Source: Bacteroidetes bacterium RIFCSPLOWO2_12_FULL_37_12
Lineage (GTDB): Bacteria; Bacteroidota; Bacteroidia; 2-12-FULL-37-12
DNA: 64,000 nt
Reading direction: 5' to 3'
NCBI GenBank assembly: GCA_001769655.1
Contig: MEPC01000039.1
Span: 154 to 64,153, forward strand
Shown here: in pieces, positions 9,720 to 19,967 of the stretch
Layout: every line of letters starts with the position of its first letter
How positions within the stretch are numbered: the stretch's first letter is position 1
The notes under the pieces: model-generated
Told to the model about the DNA's origin: nothing
Database searches by the model: none
What the model saw: only the letters and a program-made list of their open reading frames with translations
Made by a program: the position numbers and the translations under genes

Positions 9720-11185
9720 AAAATAGGTTGAAAGATTGCGGGTCTTACCCTTTCCTCTCCATCTATTCTTTCCAAAATAACAATGTATGCGAAATTCAGC
9801 AGGAAAAATGCTCCGATTTTGATTTCTTCAAGAAGGTCTGCCAGACAAAGATGAGTTATAATTATAATCTGTGATAGAAAGACAGCAAGTATTAAATTTT
9901 TGATTTTATTATTTTCAGTGTGATAGTAAATTTTTAATGCTTTTCCAATAAATCCGGTTAACAATAGTAAAAAAATAGCCAAGCCGATAAAACCCTGTTC
10001 GGAAAGAATCAGCAGAAAATAATTGTGCGCGCTGGAACGTTCGGGGTTATTGCTAACATACGTTCTGAAAAGTGAAACTGTATATTGGCTGTAATTATTA
10101 TAAAATGTTCCAGGACCAAAGCCGGTTAACGGTTTCTCAATACCCATTTTACCAGCCGCAAGCCAGCGGTATATTCTTTCCACTCCTGAAATATCTCTGA
10201 ATTTTACCGATGCCTGTAAATGTTTGCTGATATCATCTTTAAAGTAAATGGTCTTATAAAAATCAGGAGTATAATCCATAAACCTGTTTTTAGAGCTCAT
10301 AAAAATAATAATGCACAATACACCTATAACACTCATTGACATGATAAGTTTAAATAATCTTAACTGCACTAAACCCCAGCACAAGAGAGCGATAATTAGT
10401 GATAGCCAGGAACTTCGGGTGTAAGAAAAAATAATGGCAAATAAGAAAATTAATGCAGCTAGTATTAAAAAATTCTTTCTTATTGAATGTTTCTGATACC
10501 AGGTAGTTGCAACACAGACGAACGGAAAAAAAGCCGCTAAATAGGCGCCATAATTATAATGATTTAAAAAAAAGGGATAGACAGCCCGGTTAGCATCACT
10601 GAAATGAAACCGGTACGTGGCATGATTTATCAATACATACGCAACTAATAAAAATGATGGTATAAATAGTATCCAGAAAAGTTTTTTAATATGTTGGAAT
10701 GTTTTTATAACAATAATGGCTAGTATCGTGAAGGTTGAGATGTGCCAACATTTTGAAATTAAATATTTAAATGAAACAATATAAAATGTTGAATTTAAGG
10801 AAGATATAAATATCCATAAAACATGAAAAGCTAATAATGCTATTAATGAATTTTTAAATAGATAATTTGATTCATTTGCATCGTTAGCTAATTTCAGAAT
10901 GGTTGCCAACATTAAAACAACCACTAACGGTTCGGTAGGTATATCAATATTATGTCCTTCGTGAGTCAGAAAAGGAATGGTAACAGGCAAAATTAACAAA
11001 CAAAGATAAAAGGCAGATCTTAAATCGTAAATGATAAAATAAGCCGTTAAAAAAAGGATGGGTAAAACGAGTAAGCTGATGTTTTCATTGGAAATGGAAA
11101 TGAAAAGGCATACGAGCCAAAAAATCCCAAAACACCATAATAATAAATTGGGATTTATTCCTTTCAAAATTTTTACATTATTCAT
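9716..11185 (-). CDS. O-antigen ligase / Wzy-like polytopic membrane protein
   Basis: About 11 predicted TM helices, with FSYTRSSWLSLIIALL resembling the Wzy_C core. Its stop overlaps the start of the CHAT gene (ATGA). Confidence 0.7.
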   Translation of the reverse strand: MNNVKILKGINPNLLLWCFGIFWLVCLFISISNENISLLVLPILFLTAYFIIYDLRSAFYLCLLILPVTIPFLTHEGHNIDIPTEPLVVVLMLATILKLANDANESNYLFKNSLIALLAFHVLWIFISSLNSTFYIVSFKYLISKCWHISTFTILAIIVIKTFQHIKKLFWILFIPSFLLVAYVLINHATYRFHFSDANRAVYPFFLNHYNYGAYLAAFFPFVCVATTWYQKHSIRKNFLILAALIFLFAIIFSYTRSSWLSLIIALLCWGLVQLRLFKLIMSMSVIGVLCIIIFMSSKNRFMDYTPDFYKTIYFKDDISKHLQASVKFRDISGVERIYRWLAAGKMGIEKPLTGFGPGTFYNNYSQYTVSLFRTYVSNNPERSSAHNYFLLILSEQGFIGLAIFLLLLTGFIGKALKIYYHTENNKIKNLILAVFLSQIIIITHLCLADLLEEIKIGAFFLLNFAYIVILERIDGEERVRPAIFQPIL

Positions 11186-12299
11186 TCAGCTTGGTTTTCC
11201 AGCTTTGATAATTTTCAACAACGATAGCAGTTATCAGAGAAAGCAGAAAAGTACCGAGAGAGGAAGCCAACACAATTAACCACCGGATGGGTTTATCCTT
11301 TTTGGGTGCAGGTGCCGCTCTTTCCACGATGAAAAGATTAGAAATCTTCTGATTTATAGTAGATAAATAACGTTCATACTTGGCTTTAATCTGGTTTAAT
11401 TCTTCCACTGCGGCTTTTCTCTTATCTTCCAGCACCGAAGTTATTTCAACCCCTTTGGAAAAGGATTCAAGATTGAAACGGGAACCACTTGATGGAGAAA
11501 TTAAACTGTTAATTTTTTCTTCATAGCCCTTTATCATGGCGGCAAGTTCAATGATATTTGAATCGGCGGGATTATAAAATTTTTCCAATAATTTTAACCG
11601 TGCTTTTAAGAGAGATAACTCTGCCTGCGATGCCGCTATACTGTTCGAAAGAACCTCGCTCTGCATCAGAATATTGTAAGTACCATATTTTTTTTTGACA
11701 GAGGTTAAACTATCCGTAATATCCTGAACATATTTCTGCTGTTGGTTATACCGTTGTTCATAAATATCAAGAACTTTCCGTTGATTACCTTTCACCAACC
11801 AATCGTACATCTCATCCATTTTACGAACAACTTCATTGGCAATATCTGCCGCGAGGTTTTTATCGGTATCCCAGACATTTACAGAAAGGGCGCCATGTTG
11901 GGTTTTAAGAATTTCAAAATTTTTCTGAAATTTCTTGGCTACTTTAATCAAATAATCGGGATTATTTACCGTATCAATTTCATAATGACTTAGTAAATTA
12001 AACTTTTCAATAATAAAATTGCTTAACCCCGGTGAATTTCCGATTGACAACATACGGTCTGTTTCGGCTTCAGCACCAAATAAACTGCTTATTTCCTTTT
12101 CTCCAAACAAACTTTGCTGATCTGCGGCTAAAGGGTTACTTGGATAAAAAATACAAGATGATTTAAAGTATGGAGGCATGATGGACTCCGAAGTGATAAT
12201 AATGCTACCTATTAAAGCTAAAATGGTAAGGATACCAATTACTTTCTTCCTACGGAGAAACACTTTAATAACACCTAAAAGGTTAATGGAATCGTTCAT
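11178..12299 (-). CDS. Wzz-like polysaccharide chain-length determinant protein
   Basis: An N-terminal and a C-terminal TM helix flank a long coiled-coil-rich segment. Overlaps the next gene by 8 nt. Confidence 0.6.
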   Translation of the reverse strand: MNDSINLLGVIKVFLRRKKVIGILTILALIGSIIITSESIMPPYFKSSCIFYPSNPLAADQQSLFGEKEISSLFGAEAETDRMLSIGNSPGLSNFIIEKFNLLSHYEIDTVNNPDYLIKVAKKFQKNFEILKTQHGALSVNVWDTDKNLAADIANEVVRKMDEMYDWLVKGNQRKVLDIYEQRYNQQQKYVQDITDSLTSVKKKYGTYNILMQSEVLSNSIAASQAELSLLKARLKLLEKFYNPADSNIIELAAMIKGYEEKINSLISPSSGSRFNLESFSKGVEITSVLEDKRKAAVEELNQIKAKYERYLSTINQKISNLFIVERAAPAPKKDKPIRWLIVLASSLGTFLLSLITAIVVENYQSWKTKLNE

Positions 12300-12326
12300 G
12301 TTGAAAATTTTGGCAAAGATACTATT

Positions 12327-12363
12327 AAATGGTTAAATGGTAATATGGTTAAATGGTTAATGA
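12327..12363. repeat. STR-B octamer tandem repeat (GGTTAAAT/GGTAATAT)
   Basis: aaatggttaaatggtaatatggttaaatggttaatg. Confidence 0.8.
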
Positions 12364-12415
12364 TATACAGGTTTTGTTAAAACCGTCTATATTTGCATAC
12401 TAAAACAAGAAATCA

Positions 12416-13735
12416 ATGAATAAAATCCTTCTGATTTGCAAAAGAGAATACCTGACCAGGGTCAAAAAAAAATCGTTTCTGATAATGACTATTGTAGGAC
12501 CTTTATTGATAGCGCTTGTTTATGGCGTATCCATCTGGTTGGCTATGAATGAAGAAACTACAGATAGTGAAAAAAATATTGTGGTATTTGATGAAAGCAA
12601 ATTCTTTAATGGTAAACTGGAAGATGCTAAAAAAATTCATTTTCATTTTTCTGAAAAAAGTACAGTTGACATTGAAAAACAAAAATTAAAAGAATCGGAT
12701 GATTATGGCATATTATATATACCGTCCACTTTTTCTCCTGATAATCCTAAAGGCATTTATTTGTATTCGTTGTCACAGCCGGGCATTCTCATTCAGGATT
12801 TCATTGAAAAGCAAATTAAACAAATTGTAGAAGATGTTAAGTTTGAAAGGGAGGGTATTAACCGGGCTACTCTCGAAAAGATAAAAACGAAAATAAATAT
12901 AAAAACCATAAAATTAACCGAAAAAGGGGAAGAAAGAGGAAGTGCGGGTGCGGCTTTAGCTATTGGCATGATTTCGGCGCTGATGATTTATATTTTTATT
13001 TTTCTATATGGAGTACAAGTCATGCGGGGAGTACTCGAAGAAAAAACAAGCCGTATTATAGAAGTACTGGTTTCTTCGGTAAAACCATTTCAGCTTATGA
13101 TGGGGAAAATAGTTGGAATTGCGGCTGTAGGATTAACTCAATTTCTGCTTTGGGTCATTTTGTCTGCGGCTGTTACCAGCGCCATTTCCGGATTTTATGG
13201 AAATAAATTTAAAGAAAAAATCCCTTTGAACGAAATTCAAAAAAATGAGGGAATAGAAAATGTGGAAATTAATGAAGAGTCCGTTTCAGGATTCCTCAGT
13301 GCTTTTTCTACTGTCAATTATCCATTAGTGTTGGGTTCATTTTTATTTTACTTTTTAGGGGGTTACCTGCTATACAGTGCATTATTTGCCGCCATCGGTT
13401 CAGCAGTAGATGCTGAATCAGAAACACAACAATTCATGTTGCCGGTAACTATTCCGCTTATTTTAGCCATGGTTATGATCCAATTTATTTTAAAAAATCC
13501 TGACGGTCCGGTAGCATTCTGGTTTTCCATAATCCCATTAACCTCCCCGGTAATTATGATGATGAGAATCCCGTTCGGAGTTCCTGTTTTTGATTTAGTG
13601 CTTTCCATGTGCTTGCTTGTGTTAGGATTTTTGGGAAGTGTCTGGCTTGCCTCAAGAGTATTCAGGGTTGGGATACTTATGTGGGGAAAGAAAGTGACAC
13701 CCCGTGAATTATTCAAATGGTTTTTTTATCGCTAA
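12416..13735 (+). CDS. ABC-2 type transporter permease (NatB/YhaP-like)
   Basis: One N-terminal TM helix, a large extracytoplasmic loop, then 5 TM helices, with YGVQVMRGVLEEKTSRIIEVLVSSVKPFQLMMGKI. No ATPase gene is adjacent. Confidence 0.75.
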   Translation: MNKILLICKREYLTRVKKKSFLIMTIVGPLLIALVYGVSIWLAMNEETTDSEKNIVVFDESKFFNGKLEDAKKIHFHFSEKSTVDIEKQKLKESDDYGILYIPSTFSPDNPKGIYLYSLSQPGILIQDFIEKQIKQIVEDVKFEREGINRATLEKIKTKINIKTIKLTEKGEERGSAGAALAIGMISALMIYIFIFLYGVQVMRGVLEEKTSRIIEVLVSSVKPFQLMMGKIVGIAAVGLTQFLLWVILSAAVTSAISGFYGNKFKEKIPLNEIQKNEGIENVEINEESVSGFLSAFSTVNYPLVLGSFLFYFLGGYLLYSALFAAIGSAVDAESETQQFMLPVTIPLILAMVMIQFILKNPDGPVAFWFSIIPLTSPVIMMMRIPFGVPVFDLVLSMCLLVLGFLGSVWLASRVFRVGILMWGKKVTPRELFKWFFYR

Positions 13736-14688
13736 TGCAAACTACTATTTCCATTATTGATGTTGGGACCAATACGTTCCATATTTTAATTATCCGGTTA
13801 CAAGCCGGTAGAAATTTTCACATTCTTCATAAAGAAAGAATTCCTGTCAAATTGGGGGAAAAGGGAATATCGAAGGGAATCATTGATGACACTGCCTTTG
13901 ACCGTGGCATTGAGACATTGAAATATTTTAAAAATATTTCCGATAAATTTAATGTTTCAACTATTCATGCAGTGGCAACGAGTGGCATCAGGAGTACAAC
14001 TAACGGTGTGAAGTTTGTTGAACAAATTAAAAAACAAACCGGAATAAACATCAAAGTAATTTCCGGAGAAGAAGAGGCAAGGTTGATATATAAAGGAATT
14101 AATTTCACCTTAAACCTTGGAAAATATCCCATTCTGATCATAGATATTGGCGGCGGTTCTGTTGAATTTATCATAGGAAATGAAGAGAAAATATTCTGGA
14201 CAAAAAGTTATGAAATCGGGGCACAGCGATTGTTGGACCGGTTCCATACCAACGACCCAATTCCCACTGAACAAATAGCAAAAATGAATGAATTTCTTGA
14301 AGAAAATCTTCAGGAATTAACTGATAAAATTAAGGAATACGGACCCAGAATTATTATTGGCGCATCCGGGGCATTTGAAACCTTTTCTGATATTTATTTT
14401 AAAGAACAGAATCCATCATTTTTACAATCGGAGGTAACAGAAACAGACATGGATTATTCTCTGTGTGAACAGATTTACAATCAATTAATTTCCTCTACCC
14501 GTGAAGAGCGGCTCAAGATCCCTGGGATGGTTGAATTCAGAGCAGATATGATAGTAGTATCAGCAATATTAGTTTACTTTTTTCTGAAGAAATTCAAATT
14601 CTCTGCTATACGCGTTAGTAATGCGGCTTTGAAGGAGGGAGTGTTGGCGGAGTTGTTGGAAGAAACAATTACGGACATGGATTTATGA
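13735..14688 (+). CDS. Ppx/GppA family phosphatase (exopolyphosphatase-like)
   Basis: ASKHA-fold phosphate-1 motif IIDVGTNTFHILI and IDIGGGSVEF. The ATG at 13735 overlaps the upstream stop (TAATG) and is preferred over the 13717 start in the track. Confidence 0.8.
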   Translation: MQTTISIIDVGTNTFHILIIRLQAGRNFHILHKERIPVKLGEKGISKGIIDDTAFDRGIETLKYFKNISDKFNVSTIHAVATSGIRSTTNGVKFVEQIKKQTGINIKVISGEEEARLIYKGINFTLNLGKYPILIIDIGGGSVEFIIGNEEKIFWTKSYEIGAQRLLDRFHTNDPIPTEQIAKMNEFLEENLQELTDKIKEYGPRIIIGASGAFETFSDIYFKEQNPSFLQSEVTETDMDYSLCEQIYNQLISSTREERLKIPGMVEFRADMIVVSAILVYFFLKKFKFSAIRVSNAALKEGVLAELLEETITDMDL

Positions 14689-14752
14689 AGTTTATTTATT
14701 AAATCCTATCTTTTATGAAATGAGTTTTTGGAACCGCATCTTTTGGTTATTA

Positions 14753-17700
14753 TCAATACACCACGACCAACCTCCCATTCCCAATCACCCTCTCCCCTTC
14801 CCGTACTCTGTATAAATACATTCCCCGCGGTAATAAAGTAAGATTCAACTTAGTGTCACTCTCTATGGTATTCGCAGGAATAGCCAACATTTTTTTCCCT
14901 CGTAAATCAGTGATTTCAAATAAACTCCTGGTTTCTTTATCCAGATTGTGAGTCACCGTGAAAATCCCTTCCGAAGGATTTGGAGATAACTCAAAACTGA
15001 ATTGTTCCTCTTTGGTATCTGCTCGTCTCAACGTGGTAGTGGTAACTTCTGAAATTCTTGCATTGGAATTCAAACAAGCATTATCCCTTTGAGATTTAAC
15101 AGCATTCGCTCTTAAATTAACATCGGTTTGCAAGGTGATGGGTTGCACCGGGTCGTAAAAATACGTCATCACTGCACCGGTGCCATTATGATACAGTTGA
15201 TGATTTAATCGTGGTGCTGTTTCCAACGAAATAAATGTATTTCCTGCTCCGGTAGTTTTTGTTCCCTGATTTTTCAAGTATGTATTTATGCTGTGAATGC
15301 CATATTCTGTGTAAGTCATTTTATTGCATGAAATTTCGGATTTGCTGTGGTCGTCGTCCGATAAATCAATGGCTATGCGATTGTTTGAAAATGTATTTTC
15401 AGCTATTAGCGAACCATTCTCGGTTTGACTTTTCTCTGTTTTTATGGCAATATCTTTTACTTTGAACACATTTTCACGAATCGTAAAATCTTTGCTTTCT
15501 TTGAGTGACACCGCGTTGTTCATATTTTCTGAAAAGTTGTTTCCGTGAATAGTTAAGTTTTTGGATTTCTCAACTAAAATCGCGTCGTCATTTTCACCAT
15601 CAAACGTATTGTTTCTTATTTCTTGTTTTTCCCTACCTATTATGATAATATGCCTGGGCACAAAAGGGTTTGGTTCACAACTGGCGGAGCCCCTGTACAG
15701 TTTGCGAAATTCAATTCCTTCAATAGGCGGCTCCGGACGCTCTCTCCAGGATGGGTTTTCAGGTTTTATTATATCATTACCGTTATCTTCAAAAATATTT
15801 TTACCGTGAAATTCTATAATGCCACCGGATTTGGAATTATCAATGACACCATTTTCCCTTTTACCGGCAAATAACGCAATGTCTGCATGTCTTATTTCTG
15901 AATTCAGCATTGACACTTTACCGCGAACCACGGATGATTCGCTATACAAATTACCCCAGACCTCAACTCCTTGCCAACGTAAACCGGTTGGGCAATCATC
16001 AGTACCTATTGCAATAATTAAACTGGAAATCATTGAAAGGGATGCTGTTTCTTCCACAATGATCTTTGCACAACTTCCCATTCTGAAAATAACATTTTGC
16101 AAAGTCAGGTTTGCATTTCTGATTCTCAATGTACCAAATACCTCGTATTCCGTGTTTGCAAGAGTTGTATTTTGATCTATAATCTTATCATAATAAATAT
16201 CCTTCCAAACATAGTCAGGATCTTTGCCACCACAGGATGACAGCGTACTACAAGAGGGGTCAATGATTACATTTGCTCGCATTGTTTGTGAACATTTGTT
16301 TTGGGGATCGGTTATGGTAAGCGTAAAATACAAATTAGGATAGTTGGGTGGCAAAACGCAAAAAGTAGAGGTGTTGGATATAATGGTTGTTATCTCCGGA
16401 TAGTAAGGAATACAGGTACGGGTAAATGAATCCCACCTCCATCTTACCTCACCCGTGTAAGTCATGGACCAGGAGTAGGAATACTGCGGTACAATGTTAA
16501 GTGACACATTAATAGATTTATCAGAAATGTACCCGGTGCCGGAGTAGCAGATATCTTGTAATGACTGAGTACCTGATAGTGTCTTTTCGTAAACAATAAC
16601 CTCATCCGTTTGCTGGTTTCCGCATTGATCAGAAACCGTAAGGGTGTAGGTGGTTGTATTGGTTAAACCTACCACAGCAGGATTGGGGTCATTGGTTGCA
16701 TCTCCATCTTTATTATTATAGTAGTCACCAGAAATTTCCACCAAAAAGTCAGAAGGAGACCACGAATAACTTAGGTTGGGGAGTGGTGTACTTCCTAACC
16801 TAATTGACCCATTACGTATGGAACATGAATAAATATCATCCCCGGCATCGGCTACAAGCGCTAAAACATTAACAGTAACATTATCCGTAGCGGATTCACA
16901 TTTATAAGTTTTATCGCTCCATGCCTGAAGGGTGTAAGTAGTAGTGACACAAGGTGACACAAAAGGTTTTCGCTCCGTTGAAATGACAGTATTATTACCT
17001 GCTATTGTCCATGAGTATGAATAGGATGGATTATTGGTTTGACCGATTTCAACATAGTCACCATTCTCAACAGGTTTATCGTTGCCGGCATTGACCGTAA
17101 AATTCTGTTTGATAAAATTACCACCCGTAACATTCCAATTGCACATTGGATTGTTACAAAGAATGTTTGCTCCATCTTTAACCTGCAACGTACAAGCGGA
17201 CTGAAGTATAAATTGAGCTCCGGGTTCTACGCAGATGTAGGCGCCGGATTCTACGATGATTTTTGACTGATATTTCATAGTAACTACTGCTGTACTCTTG
17301 AAAACAATTTTGCCGGTTACAATAATTTGAGAATTTCCAAAAATGTTCAATGGACCACTTATTTCACAAACGGCATTTTCGTCTTTTTCTTTATTGACAT
17401 ATATCCGGCTGTTATCATTGAGGATGGTAGTGCCACTTAGCTCCATGTAACTGCCGGCATTTTGAATAATTTGTGAGTTTCTGTTCAATGTTACTCTACT
17501 GCCCGCTTTAGAAATTAGTGGGTCTTTTACATTGAGGGAGAAATGAGATTCGTTGTTTACTTCCAAATCAGAATCATTTTCAAGAATAATTTTTGAACCG
17601 GATTCTTTGGTTACTATGGCGCTATAAGCAGTGTTTGAAGGATCGCCGAGTATTATTTTTCCACCGGATTGGGTGGTGAGGGTGGTGTTTCTACAAATTG

Positions 17701-19963
17701 TAAAATTTTGTGAAGTGTTTGGCGCAGGCGAATCCAGAATGATATTAACTCTCTGACCGAGATAATTATACCCTTGTGGATGGGTTGTGGCAGCATAGAA
17801 ATGTACAGGAGTATTTTGATTAAAACTTAAAATTGCTCCATTAGTAATATTCAGGTCTTCAGTGATTCTTAATAGTTTATAATTGGGAAGATATTTATTG
17901 ATAAAATTAATGGTGGAGTTTGGTTTGACATTCGGAATACCAAGGTTAAAAGATAACGCAGATGAATTTAACTCACGTATATCAGATAAAGTATAAGTAT
18001 AAGTATAATCCTGACCTGATTCTCTACTCCATGTATTATTATCATAACTGTAATATTCATGTGTTATATCTGTAAGCAACATATCTACACCATCTGCCCC
18101 AAGACCTGTAAAATTATTTATATCAAAAATATGCTTGATACTTGCATCTCTTTCGCAGTTTCCTGTAAGTAAAGCATTAAAATACTCCGGTACATCTTCT
18201 ATCACCGTGCCTGAATTTTTGAATGGAAGCAAAATATCCTTTAGTGTCATCTCAAAATTATCTTGACCGCCATCATCAAAAAGAGTAGTTCTATTTGGGG
18301 CTGTACCTGCAGGATAGATATAGGAAGCATAATTATTAGGTCCATCCCAAAGATCAAGCAGGGCTACGCCATACATTAATTCGGATATGTATGGATGATG
18401 AACTTGATTCAATAGTCGTCCTCCGCCAGTTGAAACCAAAGTTCTATAAATTCCATGCATATCCCTTTCGGATTCAATTAATCCCGATTCATTATCCATC
18501 CAAAATAAAATTTCATCCATAATAAAGGCAAATCCGTTTGCAAACCCCTCAGTTATTGTAAGCTGAGGAGATGAATTATTAACCGAAAAACTATGAGTGC
18601 CCCCGGTATTGGACTGGTCATTTCCGTTCTGTAACCACCTCATTACAAAGTGGCCGAATTCATGCCACAGGGTTCGCTCGGAATTCCGGCTTCTTCTGCT
18701 TATATAGATAGTGGGGGCAACTCCGGATAACCACTTGAAATTAGAATTGCATTGATCACAATCCTTCATTTGTATCTCAAGCCCGGGACCTATGATTTCC
18801 CCCATTGCATATTCAACATTCCTCCATGCATTGTTTGCCCAGGAATATTGCCTGGCGCCTTCATGTCCGCCAACTTCAATATCACCGAAATTTAATTTTT
18901 TATTTTGTTCATCGTACCTGATACTTACTTCATTAGTAACCATATCAGAAACACCCCATTGACCATCAAGTTCCACTTCTAATTTACCATCACTGCTTTC
19001 AAGTTCCAACTCAAGATAAATCCTAATCCTATCGTTATATGAGGTATAAGTAAAATTAATTTTACGATTACCACTTCCATCAACCATATAACCTTGTTTA
19101 TCTGTAAAATAATCTGTACTAATAATTTTAGTATCCTTTATATCTCTTGCTCTCCATACTTTTACTTTTGCGAATGAAACAGGTAATTGATTCCAATTAC
19201 CATTGTCATTTTGTGTCCATACGAAAAAACGGCAGTTTTCAATATTAAACCGGTAAGTATTTTCCCATGATCTGTTATTTGCATTACTTTCATCCGTATT
19301 GGTTGCTGTTAACGGCACCTTCACGGTTACTGCATATCCCAATCCATCCATAAAAACTCTTTTAAGTTCGTTATCGGTTAGCATTGTATCGGATGAGGTA
19401 ATATTGGAAAGAGGAATAGAATCCTTGTGAATAAATGTTCTGGGAGGATAAACATTAGATACCGGCAACCATTCTCTTTTTGATTTTATAAAATCTGACT
19501 CATTAAATATCTCAATGGTATTGTAAGGTGTAAAATAAATGTAAGCAATATTTTCTGATTTTTGATGAATTGTATCGCGAGGTTCAAGAAGTATTTTTAT
19601 TTCCTGATAATAATAGGGAAGATTAGTTGGATCAAAAGAAACTTTATACTGAAAGTCCAAAGATTCATCTTTCACAACTGAGGTGGTTGAACTTAAACGG
19701 GCTTGGGCGGATGTATTTTGAATTGAAAAATTAGTAGGAGCAGTGACAAAAACATTTTCATTCCAGGTTTGGTCAAACTGGCTAATAACCTTCAATTCCA
19801 AATCAAAAGAACTGCCCGAAACCGGTACTTCTTTTGAATCAACATGAAGCAAAAACCGGTTTTCTTCCATGCCGATAGAATGGCACTGCCCGGAATTAGA
19901 TGATTGATTGAATGCCTTAAAATGCAACAGCATTAAGGCAAATACTAAAATTATTTTGTTCAT
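14753..19963 (-). CDS. Giant T9SS-secreted surface protein with a zinc-metalloprotease motif, repeated Ig/PKD-like modules, parallel beta-helix repeats and a type A sorting domain (module A2)
   Basis: Signal peptide. HExxH in TLWHEFGHFVMRW. Repeated YSYSW modules. PbH1-like repeats (NLTIHGNNFSEN..., FTIRENVF). C-terminal ELSPNPSEGIFTV...GMYLYRV sorting-domain pattern. Confidence 0.8.
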   Translation of the reverse strand: MNKIILVFALMLLHFKAFNQSSNSGQCHSIGMEENRFLLHVDSKEVPVSGSSFDLELKVISQFDQTWNENVFVTAPTNFSIQNTSAQARLSSTTSVVKDESLDFQYKVSFDPTNLPYYYQEIKILLEPRDTIHQKSENIAYIYFTPYNTIEIFNESDFIKSKREWLPVSNVYPPRTFIHKDSIPLSNITSSDTMLTDNELKRVFMDGLGYAVTVKVPLTATNTDESNANNRSWENTYRFNIENCRFFVWTQNDNGNWNQLPVSFAKVKVWRARDIKDTKIISTDYFTDKQGYMVDGSGNRKINFTYTSYNDRIRIYLELELESSDGKLEVELDGQWGVSDMVTNEVSIRYDEQNKKLNFGDIEVGGHEGARQYSWANNAWRNVEYAMGEIIGPGLEIQMKDCDQCNSNFKWLSGVAPTIYISRRSRNSERTLWHEFGHFVMRWLQNGNDQSNTGGTHSFSVNNSSPQLTITEGFANGFAFIMDEILFWMDNESGLIESERDMHGIYRTLVSTGGGRLLNQVHHPYISELMYGVALLDLWDGPNNYASYIYPAGTAPNRTTLFDDGGQDNFEMTLKDILLPFKNSGTVIEDVPEYFNALLTGNCERDASIKHIFDINNFTGLGADGVDMLLTDITHEYYSYDNNTWSRESGQDYTYTYTLSDIRELNSSALSFNLGIPNVKPNSTINFINKYLPNYKLLRITEDLNITNGAILSFNQNTPVHFYAATTHPQGYNYLGQRVNIILDSPAPNTSQNFTICRNTTLTTQSGGKIILGDPSNTAYSAIVTKESGSKIILENDSDLEVNNESHFSLNVKDPLISKAGSRVTLNRNSQIIQNAGSYMELSGTTILNDNSRIYVNKEKDENAVCEISGPLNIFGNSQIIVTGKIVFKSTAVVTMKYQSKIIVESGAYICVEPGAQFILQSACTLQVKDGANILCNNPMCNWNVTGGNFIKQNFTVNAGNDKPVENGDYVEIGQTNNPSYSYSWTIAGNNTVISTERKPFVSPCVTTTYTLQAWSDKTYKCESATDNVTVNVLALVADAGDDIYSCSIRNGSIRLGSTPLPNLSYSWSPSDFLVEISGDYYNNKDGDATNDPNPAVVGLTNTTTYTLTVSDQCGNQQTDEVIVYEKTLSGTQSLQDICYSGTGYISDKSINVSLNIVPQYSYSWSMTYTGEVRWRWDSFTRTCIPYYPEITTIISNTSTFCVLPPNYPNLYFTLTITDPQNKCSQTMRANVIIDPSCSTLSSCGGKDPDYVWKDIYYDKIIDQNTTLANTEYEVFGTLRIRNANLTLQNVIFRMGSCAKIIVEETASLSMISSLIIAIGTDDCPTGLRWQGVEVWGNLYSESSVVRGKVSMLNSEIRHADIALFAGKRENGVIDNSKSGGIIEFHGKNIFEDNGNDIIKPENPSWRERPEPPIEGIEFRKLYRGSASCEPNPFVPRHIIIIGREKQEIRNNTFDGENDDAILVEKSKNLTIHGNNFSENMNNAVSLKESKDFTIRENVFKVKDIAIKTEKSQTENGSLIAENTFSNNRIAIDLSDDDHSKSEISCNKMTYTEYGIHSINTYLKNQGTKTTGAGNTFISLETAPRLNHQLYHNGTGAVMTYFYDPVQPITLQTDVNLRANAVKSQRDNACLNSNARISEVTTTTLRRADTKEEQFSFELSPNPSEGIFTVTHNLDKETRSLFEITDLRGKKMLAIPANTIESDTKLNLTLLPRGMYLYRVREGERVIGNGRLVVVY

Positions 19964-19967
19964 GATT

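Noticed and set aside
11058-17266. Numerous 60-120-aa ORFs antisense to long genes (for example 11058..11279, 11742..11993, 13363..13716, 15259..16175 and 17039..17266; also 33311..33591 and 35135..35528)
   Set aside because: They are fully nested in well-supported CDSs on the opposite strand, have no motifs, and are typical shadow ORFs in AT-rich DNA.
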